The position numbers and the translations under genes are program-made. Source: Ruditapes philippinarum (taxonomy: Eukaryota). Taken from it: DNA of 64,000 bases. Below the pieces are notes generated by a model. That model made no database searches, was not told where the DNA came from, and saw only the letters and a program-made list of their open reading frames with translations. The stretch lies in NCBI RefSeq assembly GCF_026571515.1, contig NW_026855418.1:62001-126000 (forward strand). Direction: 5' to 3'. Below are positions 40,647 to 51,969 of this stretch, in pieces (the stretch's first letter is position 1; each line of letters starts with the position of its first letter).

Positions 40647-41178
40647 TTAACCTTAAATCTAATATCTGAGCCTAGTAGAAACACGGGATAAGATTGAAAG
40701 ATTAGTTAAGCTCTTTGTTATTATAGAAATATCTTTGTGAATATTACAAGATGTCTCCTTCCCTAAAAGGCATAATTTGTCAGTTTTAGGTATCATGCAA
40801 AAAAAAAAGCCAACAACTTTTTCGTCCTAATAAATGTTTCTAAGGGCGTGGCTGATATTTGATATTTTCAATATTTTAGTTACTAAGTACTACAAAGTTC
40901 TGTTATTACCAAAACAGTTTGTAACATGCATTCCTCGACTAAAGAAGATTTGATAATTAGTTTTCAATATAAGTCAAAGTAAGAAATGTATACCATAAAA
41001 CAGTACCAGGGAATAATTTATGTACCTTCTGTAGAGGTTAATTAAGAAATGCTACATAATAAATATCAAAGTCTTCAGCGTTGACATATGTTACAGTCTT
41101 ATTATAGGTGCTGTGACCTTCTTTTTTGCATGGAACCATTTATTGCTTTATTACACTGTTGTATAGATTTACATTATT

Positions 41179-41214
41179 TCATAGCTTTCTTGTAAAAATA
41201 GGTAAAGATTTAAT
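41179..41214 (-). CDS. Candidate proximal terminal exon (IKSLPIFTRKL*)
   Basis: cccctcctaatcatag|ATT, phase 0, TGA at 41179-41181, AATAAA at 41139-41144 on the minus strand. Confidence 0.5.
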   Translation of the reverse strand: MKSLPIFTRKL

Positions 41215-41328
41215 CTATGATTAGGAGGGGATGTTTGTAAAGATACCTTGCGATCACTAAAGCTCGGTTCTGAGCATTTTGTGAATCAAAACATCAATAT
41301 TTTTTAAGGGGAAAAAATGAATCGGTAC

Positions 41329-41481
41329 CTGTTGAAGTTTATTCTTTGTCTTTGATTTAATATCTTCATCCAACGTGGTACTATCCATGAATGTGTTAAT
41401 ATTCGTGAATATTTCAGTCATTTCCTTTTCCGAAATTGTGGTGTCGGGAGAATGACATAAATTGTTCCTGTGACGAATCAT
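41329..41481 (-). CDS. Dual-HEPN gene (copy B), exon 7: DUF4559 HEPN motif RNNLCHS
   Basis: ttacag|ATG...CAACAG|gtaccg, 153 nt, phase 0-0. MIRHRNNLCHSPDTTIS corresponds to the CXorf38-type RNEIMHS motif (R-x4-H at 41452-41469). Confidence 0.85.
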
Positions 41482-41716
41482 CTGTAATTCAAACAAGCTA
41501 GTTACATAGGTATATACTGTCCAAATGTTTACAAGTTGTTGTTTTTTGTCTTTTACTAGTATGTGCGTCTTAAATATAAATATTTTCCAAAACGTTTATT
41601 TATCCGCTTTTTATTTAAAATATCAACTCTTTCACTAATCCTCTTATATACATATGCCACTTTTAAAATTTTCCATTGGGATAGAAGAAATAGATAAACA
41701 ATAAACATGATAGTAC

Positions 41717-42243
41717 CTGATCTATTGCATTCCTTTCCTTAGCAAAATTTTCCAGTTTGAAGTTCCTCAACAAATTAAGTATTGCGTGCATGTCTGTATC
41801 CTTTGGAGAAGTGCTCTTCTTGTTTCCCCGTGGCATGTATAGCTTTGCGATTTTCCAGTAACTTTCCACATTACTATCTCCAATATTGTCCCATTCAAGG
41901 TTTGCTGGTTTCCAATGAGCTGAGACAAGCTTCTTCAACAAAGACCTACACTCTGGTGCGTTAACCTCCCATACAAGAGGTTCTTCAACTCGTCTTAATT
42001 TGTATACTTTGCATCGATTTTGAGCGATATCTAGCAAATTTTGAAGGTTGTTTTTCTCAGAAGGAGTCAAACTGTCGAAGAACTGTTTGAAAATTGACCT
42101 CGCTAAATATGTCATAGCTTCATCTGCTGTGATCTTAAGTGCAAGTATTGACATTACCCAATTAACCTCTTCCCTTCTGCTGAAGTCTTCCTTTCTGCTG
42201 AAGTCAAGCAATTCCGACATTTCATCTGTCATTGATAGTAAAT
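41717..42243 (-). CDS. Dual-HEPN gene (copy B), exon 6: CXorf38/DUF4559-like domain, first part
   Basis: tttttttag|AT (phase 1) ... GATCAG|gtacta (phase 0), 527 nt. NWV...LAL, W.N......YWKIAKLYMPRG....P...D..AILNL match my recollection of the CXorf38 family pattern (NWVK...WEVAKAFMPRG....P...D..ALL.L). Confidence 0.85.
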
Positions 42244-42868
42244 CTAAAAAAACAAGACTAATGGCAATAACATATGTCGTTTTTCTGCCTTTATTTGAAG
42301 TACAATATAACAACATTAAATTGTTCAAAGCAATTATAATTGATAACCCTATAGGTAGGCAATATTAAATTTTATTTATATAGATAATATTATTTGATTT
42401 AAGAGAAGGTTATTAGACACAAAAATAGTGTTAAAATGAGAATAAAACAAAGTTCCTTTAAATTATTTAAAACATTATGTAAATCCCATTTAGAATACGT
42501 TGAAAATATTTCTATATTACTATGATAAAGACTTGAACTTTAATGTTCATTGTTCTTTTGTAAGTATATTATCTATTCGGTTTATTTTTGATGTGATGGA
42601 TATGATTCATTCGGTTTTATACGTATATATTGAGCTGTCCGTCCGTTTGCCCGCTCATGCAACATTAACAACAACAACAACAACAACAACTTTTAGAAGA
42701 CTATTTCAATGATGAACAGCATAAAGGAATATATTTTCCCCTATAAAAAAAACAACAAAGGCAATGCCCTGGAGTCCATTTCAGTCAAATGTCTGTCCGT
42801 CTGCTCAAACGGTGAATATCAGTCAATAATATGATTATGACATCTTATTACATGTTTTTGGTGGTTTA

Positions 42869-43281
42869 TAGATATATATCAGTGATAAAAAACTGATAAT
42901 TTCACGGTTTTAAACAGTGAAGTTATCAATTTGATAACTTCACTGTTTTGAATTCGAGCCTCTTACGTTGTTTCAGTGAAATACTAGCGTGCACAGTACT
43001 GGGAACCACTTTCAAGACGTAACATCGTAAATGACATCATGTATTATTATTTGGCGCGCTTTTCTTTAAATGTTATGTTACAGTGTCTTTTTAAACGTTT
43101 CTTTCCATATAATGAAAAGAAATGTGTTTAGTGTAGTTTAAGATCGAAATATATTTCACCTTGTGAACACCAAAAGTTCATATTTCACTCGTGGCTGCGC
43201 CACTCGTGAAATATAACTTTTGGAGCTTACTCGGTGAAATATATTCCGATCTTACACTGAACTTAACAAATATCCTCTATA
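42869..43281 (+). mobile_element. Hairpin-ended non-autonomous element (same family as 55-480)
   Basis: Long IR around gtggctgcgccac (43191-43203). Ends aacaaatatcctctatat. Reverse-complement match to 55-480. Confidence 0.75.
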
Positions 43282-43866
43282 TCTTACTGGCTGCCGTATA
43301 TAAAATGATTTTATATGTTTCCCATTAATAACACTTTGATATTTGAATTTACCAATGAGGAATATTCATGAACGACTCATGAATATTCATTGTTATTTAT
43401 TGTAACTTTCATTTAATATAAAAATAATACATACAATTATTTCGAGTATATGCATTGAATTAGAGCGTTTAAAACGAAAATTTACTGAATAATGTAAACA
43501 AAACAGAAAAAAATCCCTAAGTATAGACCAAGCGTTAGCAAAATGCAAATGGTAAAATTATGCATTTTGAAGCATCCGCAAATAAATTTAACACAAATCG
43601 AAGCCACATCGGTACAGATTGATAGACATGCGATATAAAAAATATCTATAAACTGTATTCTAACAAAGATATGAACTTTTTTAGCCAGGATATCTAATGT
43701 GTTATGAACTCAAAGGTTTATATATACAAAGGTGATTTATATATTTTCTTGCAGTACACGTCATATCCTATTCACAAAAAGTCAAAGCAATACAACCTCT
43801 CATTTATGAATAATTATGTTGTTTATGGTAACAATATGATGTTTGGACTATAAAGATAATGTTTAC

Positions 43867-43971
43867 CTTCACCGGAATCAGACGAACTTAACTTTTTCTG
43901 AGTTCGCTTCTTGTCTTTTACGTCAGATGATTGGCCATCAATTAATTTGTCAGGTTGGCTTTCAGTATAAC
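43867..43971 (-). CDS. Dual-HEPN gene (copy B), linker exon 5b (identical tandem copy of 5a)
   Basis: Same 105-nt sequence and splice sites as 44819-44923, inside a ~955-bp tandem duplication. Confidence 0.6.
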
Positions 43972-44818
43972 CTGAATGAATGAGTCAAACAATGGAAAAG
44001 TTATAGCATAACTAAATGTACTAGTATATAAAAAGAAATAACAGTGCGTTTTCACGAAATTGTTGTTTATTGCTATCATGTGCATATCTGATAAAACTGA
44101 TATTATTATACATGAATGGGGTTTGGTACCGATTTGCCATCTGTTTAATTTTTGTTCTTTTTGTATTTTTGGTAGTGTTAGATAACCCTTTGTATCACGA
44201 CAGAAGGCCTAACGGAATTCACCAGAGCACAGTTGATCCACTGCATCGTTCCTGAACAGGTTGTGAAGCAGTTTACTATTTGACATACTGCCTTTTGTTT
44301 TGCAAAAAAATGATAACAACTGTACATGCTAGAGCAAAAGTAGAGAACAAATGACCGTAGAAAGCATTTCATGATTAATCAGTATGAAAATGACCAGCAC
44401 CGTCTTAAATGCATTGAATTTAAAGCGTTTTAAACGAATATTTACTGAATAAGGTAAACAAAACAGAATAAAATCCCTAAGCATAGACCAAGAGTTAGCA
44501 AAATGCAAATGGTGAAATTATGCATTTTGAAGCATCCGCAAATAAATTTAACACAAATCGAACCCACATCGGTACAGATTGATAGACATGCGATATAAAA
44601 ATATCTATAAACTGTATTCTAACAAAGATATGAACTTTTTAGCCAGGATATCTAATGTGTTATGAACTCAAAGGTTTATATATACAAAGGTGATTTATAT
44701 ATTTTCTTGCAGTACACGTCATATCCTATTCACAAAAAGTCAGCAATACAACCTCTCATTTATGAATATGTTGTTTATGGTAACAATATGATGTTTAGAC
44801 TATAAAGATAATGTTTAC

Positions 44819-44923
44819 CTTCACCGGAATCAGACGAACTTAACTTTTTCTGAGTTCGCTTCTTGTCTTTTACGTCAGATGATTGGCCATCAATTAATTT
44901 GTCAGGTTGGCTTTCAGTATAAC
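44819..44923 (-). CDS. Dual-HEPN gene (copy B), linker exon 5a (GYTESQPDKLIDGQSSDVKDKKRTQKKLSSSDSGE)
   Basis: ttcattcag|G...GAAG|gtaaac, 105 nt, phase 1-1, open, S/K/D-rich and probably disordered. Not in the ORF track. Confidence 0.7.
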
Positions 44924-45482
44924 CTGAATGAATGAGTCAAACAATGGAAAAGTTATAGCATAACTAAATGTACTAGTATATAAAAAAGAAATAACAGTGC
45001 GTTTTCACGAAATTGTTGTTTATTGCTATCATGTGCATATCTGATAAAACTGATATTATTATACATGAATGGGGTTTGGTACCGATTTGCCATCTGTTTA
45101 TTTTTTTGTTCTTTTTGTATTTTTGGTAGTGTTAGTTAACCCTTTGTATCACGACAGAAGGCCTAACGGAATTCACCAGAGCACAGTTGATCCACTGCAT
45201 CGTTCCTGAACAGGCTGTCAAGCCGTTTACTATTTGACATACTGCCTTTTGTTTTGCAAGGAAATGATAACAACTGTACATGCTAAAGCAAAAGTAGAGA
45301 ACAAATGACCGTAGAAAGCATTTCATGATCAATCACTACAAAAATGACCAGCACCGTCCGAACACGGGTCGCTCGATTCACAGTTCAACGCTCTACCTAT
45401 TGAGCTAATCGGACAGTATTTGTATTTTTTCTCTTTACTTATATTAATCCTTATAAATAACAAGCTAATGTCCAAATGTTAC

Positions 45483-45713
45483 CTTTTTCATTTACAATAC
45501 TCCGTAACTGATCATTGTCAACGTTTGTTTTAAGACTAATGGTTTCTCCGAATATTTTTGATAATGAAGTGGATATCTTTTCCATATTACTGCTTCTCTC
45601 TGCTTCGCCGAACATTTTACAAATATCTGTCAACTGTTCTATATTAATGGCATTAATAGGTAATACTAAATTCTTCACTTCTTTTGATCTTTTTCCTTTT
45701 CCAGGGCTTAATA
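45483..45713 (-). CDS. Dual-HEPN gene (copy B), coding exon 4: diverged second TRADD-N-like repeat
   Basis: tgtttcag|TA...AAAG|gtaaca, 231 nt, phase 1-1. LVLPINAI...KISTSLS...SL...V....LRS aligns without gaps over 59 aa to the C-terminal part of exon 3. Confidence 0.75.
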
Positions 45714-46690
45714 CTGAAACAGATATTACAAGTAAGTTAACGTCATTAAATGAAAGAAATGTAAGAAACATTTTGAAATTTCTTAACTCTTTTAAATTGC
45801 AATTTGACCAATTAAAACATATCAAAATTGGTCATGATTTACAAGCAGCACAGTTTGAAAATACAGAAACGAAGAAAAGAGCAAAGACGCATCTATTTCA
45901 ATTGGCACATGTCTTCCCAAGAAAGACAACTGTTCCATCCCGTATCTAATTTTTATTGTAATCGCGTACGCCGACATTGATAGGCTCTGTTTAAGAGATT
46001 TTTTATTTCAATTGAATATCCAAACAAATCAAGGGAAAACAGTTTTTAGTATTATAAACGTCACTTTCATCAAAAATACATTGCGAATACTCTTGATATA
46101 TTTTTATCTTTTTTGCCAATGTGTACGCTCAAAGTACTTAACAAATTTTGGTCTTTGGAATTAAAAACACTAAAGTACTTAGTACATGTATATCAATATC
46201 ATGTCAGAACGACTTTTATTTGGAAGTATAAATTTTCTAATAGAAGAGAAAGCGATTTAGCTAAAAAGCTGAACTCTTTGAAAATAATTCCATCGGTAAA
46301 ATATTTTGAGCATTTTTCGAGCGTACTTTATTTTCAAAATATTTCCCTTGTTCGTACTTTGAATTTTTATAAGAAATCTAAACTTATGCTATTGATGGTT
46401 GGAGCTTAAACAAATTGTAATCGTATTATTATTCTATCATTAATCTTATGGATATAAAACGAAAACAGAATAAAATGTTCCGGATAATGCTGCAACTGTA
46501 AGGAGAGTTTTATTTAACCGTTGAATGATTTTGAACATGATAATTCACGTTTAAGGAAATACAAACAACAGTTACTTTGAGTTTATTCATTTTCAAAATT
46601 ATAGCAATAAATGTTGTAAATTATGAGATGCAGATATAACGTTTTATAGACTTAAACAAACGAAGTTCCCTATTACTAAATAATACTTAC

Positions 46691-47128
46691 AACTTGTGGG
46701 AAGAGCACTCGTTAGACTCATAGGTTCAACTTTCCATGATAATAAGCACGGGAATCCAAGTGATACACTGATAGTTGAAGAAATTCTTGATAAACATTGT
46801 TTGCTTTGATCGCCATTCATATATTTCAAAAGCGTGAGGATGCCTGTTACCGAAGAACAGGAAATTGGTAAAATGATACTTCCCAAACGAGGTTTGCCAA
46901 CTCCGTCAGACAGGTCTTCTATATCACTGAACCATTCAATTAAATCATCTAGCAATTGTAATGTAATTTCGCCGTACCATTCAACCCTTTGTGTTATTAT
47001 TCTTTTAATTTCATCGCTACGAATTGCTGTATCTCTATGTATTAACTCGACAAACTCAAACAGTAAGTCGTTGGCTTTCCTTTGCTTTTCTTCAGTATCA
47101 CATTCGGCTTGTATGATTATTCTTAACT
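46691..47128 (-). CDS. Dual-HEPN gene (copy B), coding exon 3: TRADD-N-like domain 1
   Basis: ctttcag|AG...AGTT|gtaagt, 438 nt, phase 1-1, no stops. Contains GSIILPISCSSVTGILTLLKYM, which resembles the GS(I/L)IL.V.C.S...L..L signature of TRADD-N-like domains. The domain name is inferred by eye. Confidence 0.8.
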
Positions 47129-47205
47129 CTGAAAGTGATAATAAATTTTTCCGAAATAGAAGAAAAATATGTACATATTATAATTACTTGTTTTTCATTT
47201 AATAT

Positions 47206-47240
<35 letters not shown>

Positions 47241-47455
47241 CTATTTATTTATTTATCTATCTATTTTTACATTTATATGTTTTTATTAATTTATTTAGTT
47301 ATCATTTATTTATTTATGTATGAAGAAGAAGAAGAAGCATGCATACCGTAGTTCAAGTGGGCATCAGGAAATTGTCATTATTGAGCTTTTCAAAGGTCAA
47401 TATGTTATGTATCATATTAGGTATTCAAAAATATAGTATTTAAAGTCTGAATTAC

Positions 47456-47536
47456 CTCGTGAATACTTATGTTTTGTTTTCCGAAAGTGTTTGATTTGCA
47501 GGTCAGTCAACTTTTGAAGTATCAGTTCCTCATTTC
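47456..47536 (-). CDS. Dual-HEPN gene (copy B), coding exon 2 (81 nt, GNEELILQKLTDLQIKHFRKTKHKYSR)
   Basis: ttttgacag|...CGAG|gtaat, phase 1-1, open frame. The paralogous exon at 2840-2920 keeps both splice sites and differs by several synonymous changes. Confidence 0.8.
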
Positions 47537-49281
47537 CTGTCAAAACACATTATTTTAATTATTTCAATTCCTTTTCTTTGAAAAAGTGAATCCATAAATG
47601 TAATAAAAAATGTGACAATATCGATGCACAATTCAGTTAAACACGCTTGAATATAACTAGGAATTCCAGTATAAGCTGATTACAGCCGGGACATATGTTG
47701 TCGAGTGGTAACGTTCATTCAAACCACTTGTCATTCCCCGATGTGGGTCTGAGTCCCGGCATGTAAGGAACCTATTACCCTAGTTTACGGAACATCGACT
47801 GGAATCGTTCTGACATCAGAACTTAAATTTTTGAAACACTACCATGTTCTATGGAAACAAAAGCAGCAAGAGCTTTTATTATATGCTTACTGTTTCTTAA
47901 ATTCTCCAGTGCAAGGGACCAAATATATAAATTATCGATGTCATTTGTATTTTAACTATCACAATATGCAGTTATTTGAGTTTTTAAAGATCTATCTACA
48001 AGGTCTGAATACATTTTCGAATTACCCGAGTGTACGGCCTCAAAAAATAAAATATCAGCTTAATATCAACTTAAAACGATTTATTTTAAATTGGCAAAAT
48101 CTGACGGTTTCATAGAAATGATAAGCTGGTACAGTATCGGAAATACATGTATGCCGGTCTCGTGTCCGAGCTTCTATGCTGTCTGTCAGTGTTGCAGTTT
48201 CTTAGGATTACTTATGTCAAAAGTCATATATATTTTGTCGAGCTTTATATCACAAATATGTATTTGATATCAATACATATTGTTGCACTTCTTTGTTCTT
48301 CAATTGGACTAGGTTGTCGAATAAAAATGCAATATCTAAATCTTGCCATATACTACCAGTCTTTCGAATTATTTAAAACTTTAACAGTTTTAGTATAACG
48401 ATTTTTTAAAATAAATGTATCGAAAAATATGATTAATGTTTGCTATACAAACATGACCATAATTAGTAAAATAGTAACCATCTTGCAAGTCTTTGATTTC
48501 TTGCTAAGGTTGTGATTATTAAATAAACCTGATTTTTGAGCGTTAATATATGCAACTTTAAATGTTTTATTCGATACAAAAAAGTCATATCTTTTGTACT
48601 TACAGTAAATATACAAAGTAAAGATATTGCAAATTTTGCAGTTCAGAAAAATGTTTGCTGATTTTAAGTACTTATTGTACCTCTTTTCAAGAGCATTAGA
48701 GTAAATTAACTACGGAATTGGATGCACATGTACGCAATTTGCAATAATTAATAAATGTATTATGAGTCAGACTGAATGGTATTGAAGGATTTAATACCAA
48801 AGCAAAGTGCATTTGTTTTGCAAAAACATTGAACAAAGTTATCAAAATAAAGGAACCAAATATATATTCAACATTTGTACAGGGAGACCACGTGCAAAAA
48901 ATGTATACATAATAAAACCAAATTTTGTGATAGAGTTTCTTTTTTGATATGCCAAATTATTGAAACTTATCTATCTTTAAAAACTATATGCTTCAATAAG
49001 GTTTCCCAGGTAGGAGAACGTTCTTTGTACCGATATGTTCATATGTTCTGTTTGAAGCCTTTGGTACATGTAGAATATTTAATCTGCTAAATGAGTTCAA
49101 TCAAATTTACCATAATACCATTAATACAATTTTAACCAATTCTGAGAAGATATGCAGTTAATAACCATAAAAAATGTATTTGTCTGAGTAATTAATCGTG
49201 TAGACTGTATTAAAATAATTTATTTTACAACAACAATTATAACTATTTAAAAAGCATAACAACGGAAATTATGTACATTAC

Positions 49282-49876
49282 CTTGAACAGAAGAGAATTT
49301 TGAATTGACATGTTGTAGCATGTCTTCAACGGCTGTTAAGAAACTTGTCTTGAAGTCATATATCTCTCTTATGTGTGTAAAGATTGAATCCGAATCAATT
49401 CTGCCTGTTGCCGTTCTTTTGATAATACTTTCAATTTCAACTTTCCCATTTATTCCTGATGCAAGTTGTCGTAAAGCTTGCTCAAGACGCTGTCGATTGC
49501 TTAAATAATCTGATGCATTCATAGACATTATCGGAGGATGTCCTTGGAAATCATCTCGATAGGTCTTCAAAGTTGACAAATCAGCTCTTTCTATAAGGGA
49601 CAGGCCCGACCTAAAAAGTTTCTTCAGCACAACAAAGAGTATTGACATATCCCAAGTGTATGTATCTGCGTTTACTGTCGTAGTGGTAGGAAAAAGACAA
49701 TCGCGTTGTTTCTGTAAAACGCCTTTGAACTGAGCACGTCCATTCTGCAGAAGATTATCAAGAGTGCTACCGCTCTTAGTTGTTTCTCTCGATATAACAC
49801 CTCGTAATACAAACAAACCACCCTCGCCTAGCAGCCATAGGTATCTCAAATATCTCTCTTCATCTAACGATGCCAT
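49282..49876 (-). CDS. Dual-HEPN gene (copy B), coding exon 1: DZIP3-like HEPN domain
   Basis: ATG at 49876 is preceded by the acceptor ttgcag|A. Donor CAAG|gtaatg; 595 nt, ends phase 1. The translation has the DZIP3-type HEPN pattern (Q..LFP...WDMS.LF.VL...L..LK.YRDDFQGH). The R-x5-H motif is at 49538-49558. Confidence 0.85.
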
Positions 49877-51969
49877 TCTGCAAGTTTAATTAAAAATGCT
49901 TATGTATGACATTATGTATAATTTTTGTATTAACGAAATATTAGTGATGCCTGAGAATTTACGGGATTTCACGATCTGGAAGTCTCCATTGTCGAAAACA
50001 TCGAGTAGTTCTTTGGAACTTTTTGCAAATGTGCCACAATGTTATAGCAATAAATATAAACTGAAAATTGTACCGTTTACTTTTATTGAAATAAGGATTA
50101 TGCTGATAACTATAGACACACAAAAAAACACAACAATTACTTATTTATATATTTTTCGAAAATGCGCATCTCTACTATCATTTATATCGAAATGTGATAG
50201 AGTTAACACATAAGCAGTGTAAAATGCCCAAATAGGACTTTGTTACTCCTACTTAATAAGTTAATAAAGAGTTTAAATTAAAACTTTAATTTTTATTTAG
50301 AATTTTAACAAAGTGCTTGATAGGATCTTATTTATCCTAACTCTTATTTAGGAGTAACAATGTCGGTATAAGGTTTTTACTATAACTGCTAATTGGAAGA
50401 TACAAAGCCCTAAAAGGATTTTATTTTTCCTTATAAGGTTTATTGACCTAATGTTACATTTATAAACTCCTATTTAGATTTTTAAAATTCCCAATTATGA
50501 TTTTCGTCTCCTTATCAGTGTTTTCAAATGTTTAATTATGGGATGTTAAGTCTTGATAAAACTTTTATAATTCCTAATTAGGAGTAATTTTATATAAAAC
50601 GTTGGCACCAGGTCGGTTCCGTCGTTAACTGACACAATGCATAAGTGATTATACATACACGAAAAGACTATTAAGATATATCTCACAAGTCAAAACTTCA
50701 GTGCATTTATGCTTTGATTTAATTGATATGTGAAATTCGTTGACGACGTTCACAATAAGTACAGTTTTGCATATACATAAAAAGGCAAAATGGCGTCAAG
50801 GATATCTTTCTCTTCACAAATTTATTACTGCTGTTAATATATTATAATAGAGTAAGAGCAAAGGGTCATTCAATAAATTTTTTTACCAAACCTGAAACTT
50901 AAACCAAAGTAAGTATAAAGTCTCTCCTTTACAAAAATCCAAATTGTAAAGAACTTTGCTTTCACAACGCTTCAGAATCCAAGATGGCATCCAATATGGC
51001 CGCCGATTTTATGAAAAACAGGTATATATCTTATTATTTTAAATTTTACTGCATAAATTATGCCGTTTTTGATAAAAAAAGGTGTTCAAACATTCCAGAA
51101 ACAACAAAGTTATGATAAGATAACAGTGAATGATATAGCGTTTAAGGTTTTTGTCTTAAATTTTTCAAAATATCAAATAAAAATGCCTATTTTTTGCACC
51201 TTTTTCTATTATGGTTGCCTAAAAATGACAAAAATAATCCGAGTGGCTACTTTGTTTGTCATAAACACTACGTGCGATTAAGTTGTTGTAATAAAAAGGT
51301 GCAAGGCATTGCATTTTTTTTTATATTTTTATACTTTGTTATAGTTGGTGGGGTAATTTCACCGAAAAAATCGAAAACAAAAATCTCCGAAACATGTTGA
51401 TTTTATTTCTCTGCTTTTTTATTTTAACCCTCGGCTACTTTTTTGTAACTTCAATATTGTATCCTCCTGTAAAGTGTATGACAAAAGAACTGTACAGTTT
51501 ACGTCAAAAGAATTTTCTGTCTGTCTGTCCTACACTGCATATCTTAGCATGAAAAAGTTGAATTCGGTAACATTCTTTTATTATCATGTCTCAGTGTATC
51601 AGATTTAAACGCCTTTGGATATTTAAGATTTACTGTATCATTTTGAAAAGGGTAATACATCTATGTGTATTAAGATATGTGTTAAACCAAAGAATGCTTC
51701 TAGTTGCATTATTCGTACATAAATTCAGTGTTGATTTATGATTTATGTTTGGTCTGGGTTTCTTTTAAAAATTAAATAGCTTACTTTTCCTTAATTTAGA
51801 AAATAAACCAAAACTACTACCCAAGTACTTGCCATGCTCTTTACTTCAAAATTGTATATATTTCCTGTATAGTTTTAAAAGTTGAGTTTCGTTTTAAAAT
51901 TTGAAAAAAATTTTCTTATTTCATTTATTAAAGTAATATCCGTGTACTTGTATGCTATACATAAAATGG

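Larger units (their letters stand above)
43450..45358. repeat. Near-identical tandem duplication of ~955 bp (43450-44404 / 44409-45358)
   Basis: Direct read-through identity with only a few substitutions and small indels. The junction falls inside a SINE. Confidence 0.92.

Noticed and set aside
41179-41190. C-terminal RKL as a peroxisomal targeting signal
   Set aside because: PTS1 requires a small residue (S/A/C) at position -3, and Arg does not fit.
41717-42243. Naming the gene CXorf38 or DZIP3
   Set aside because: Only single domains are shared and the architecture differs, so orthology is not supported.
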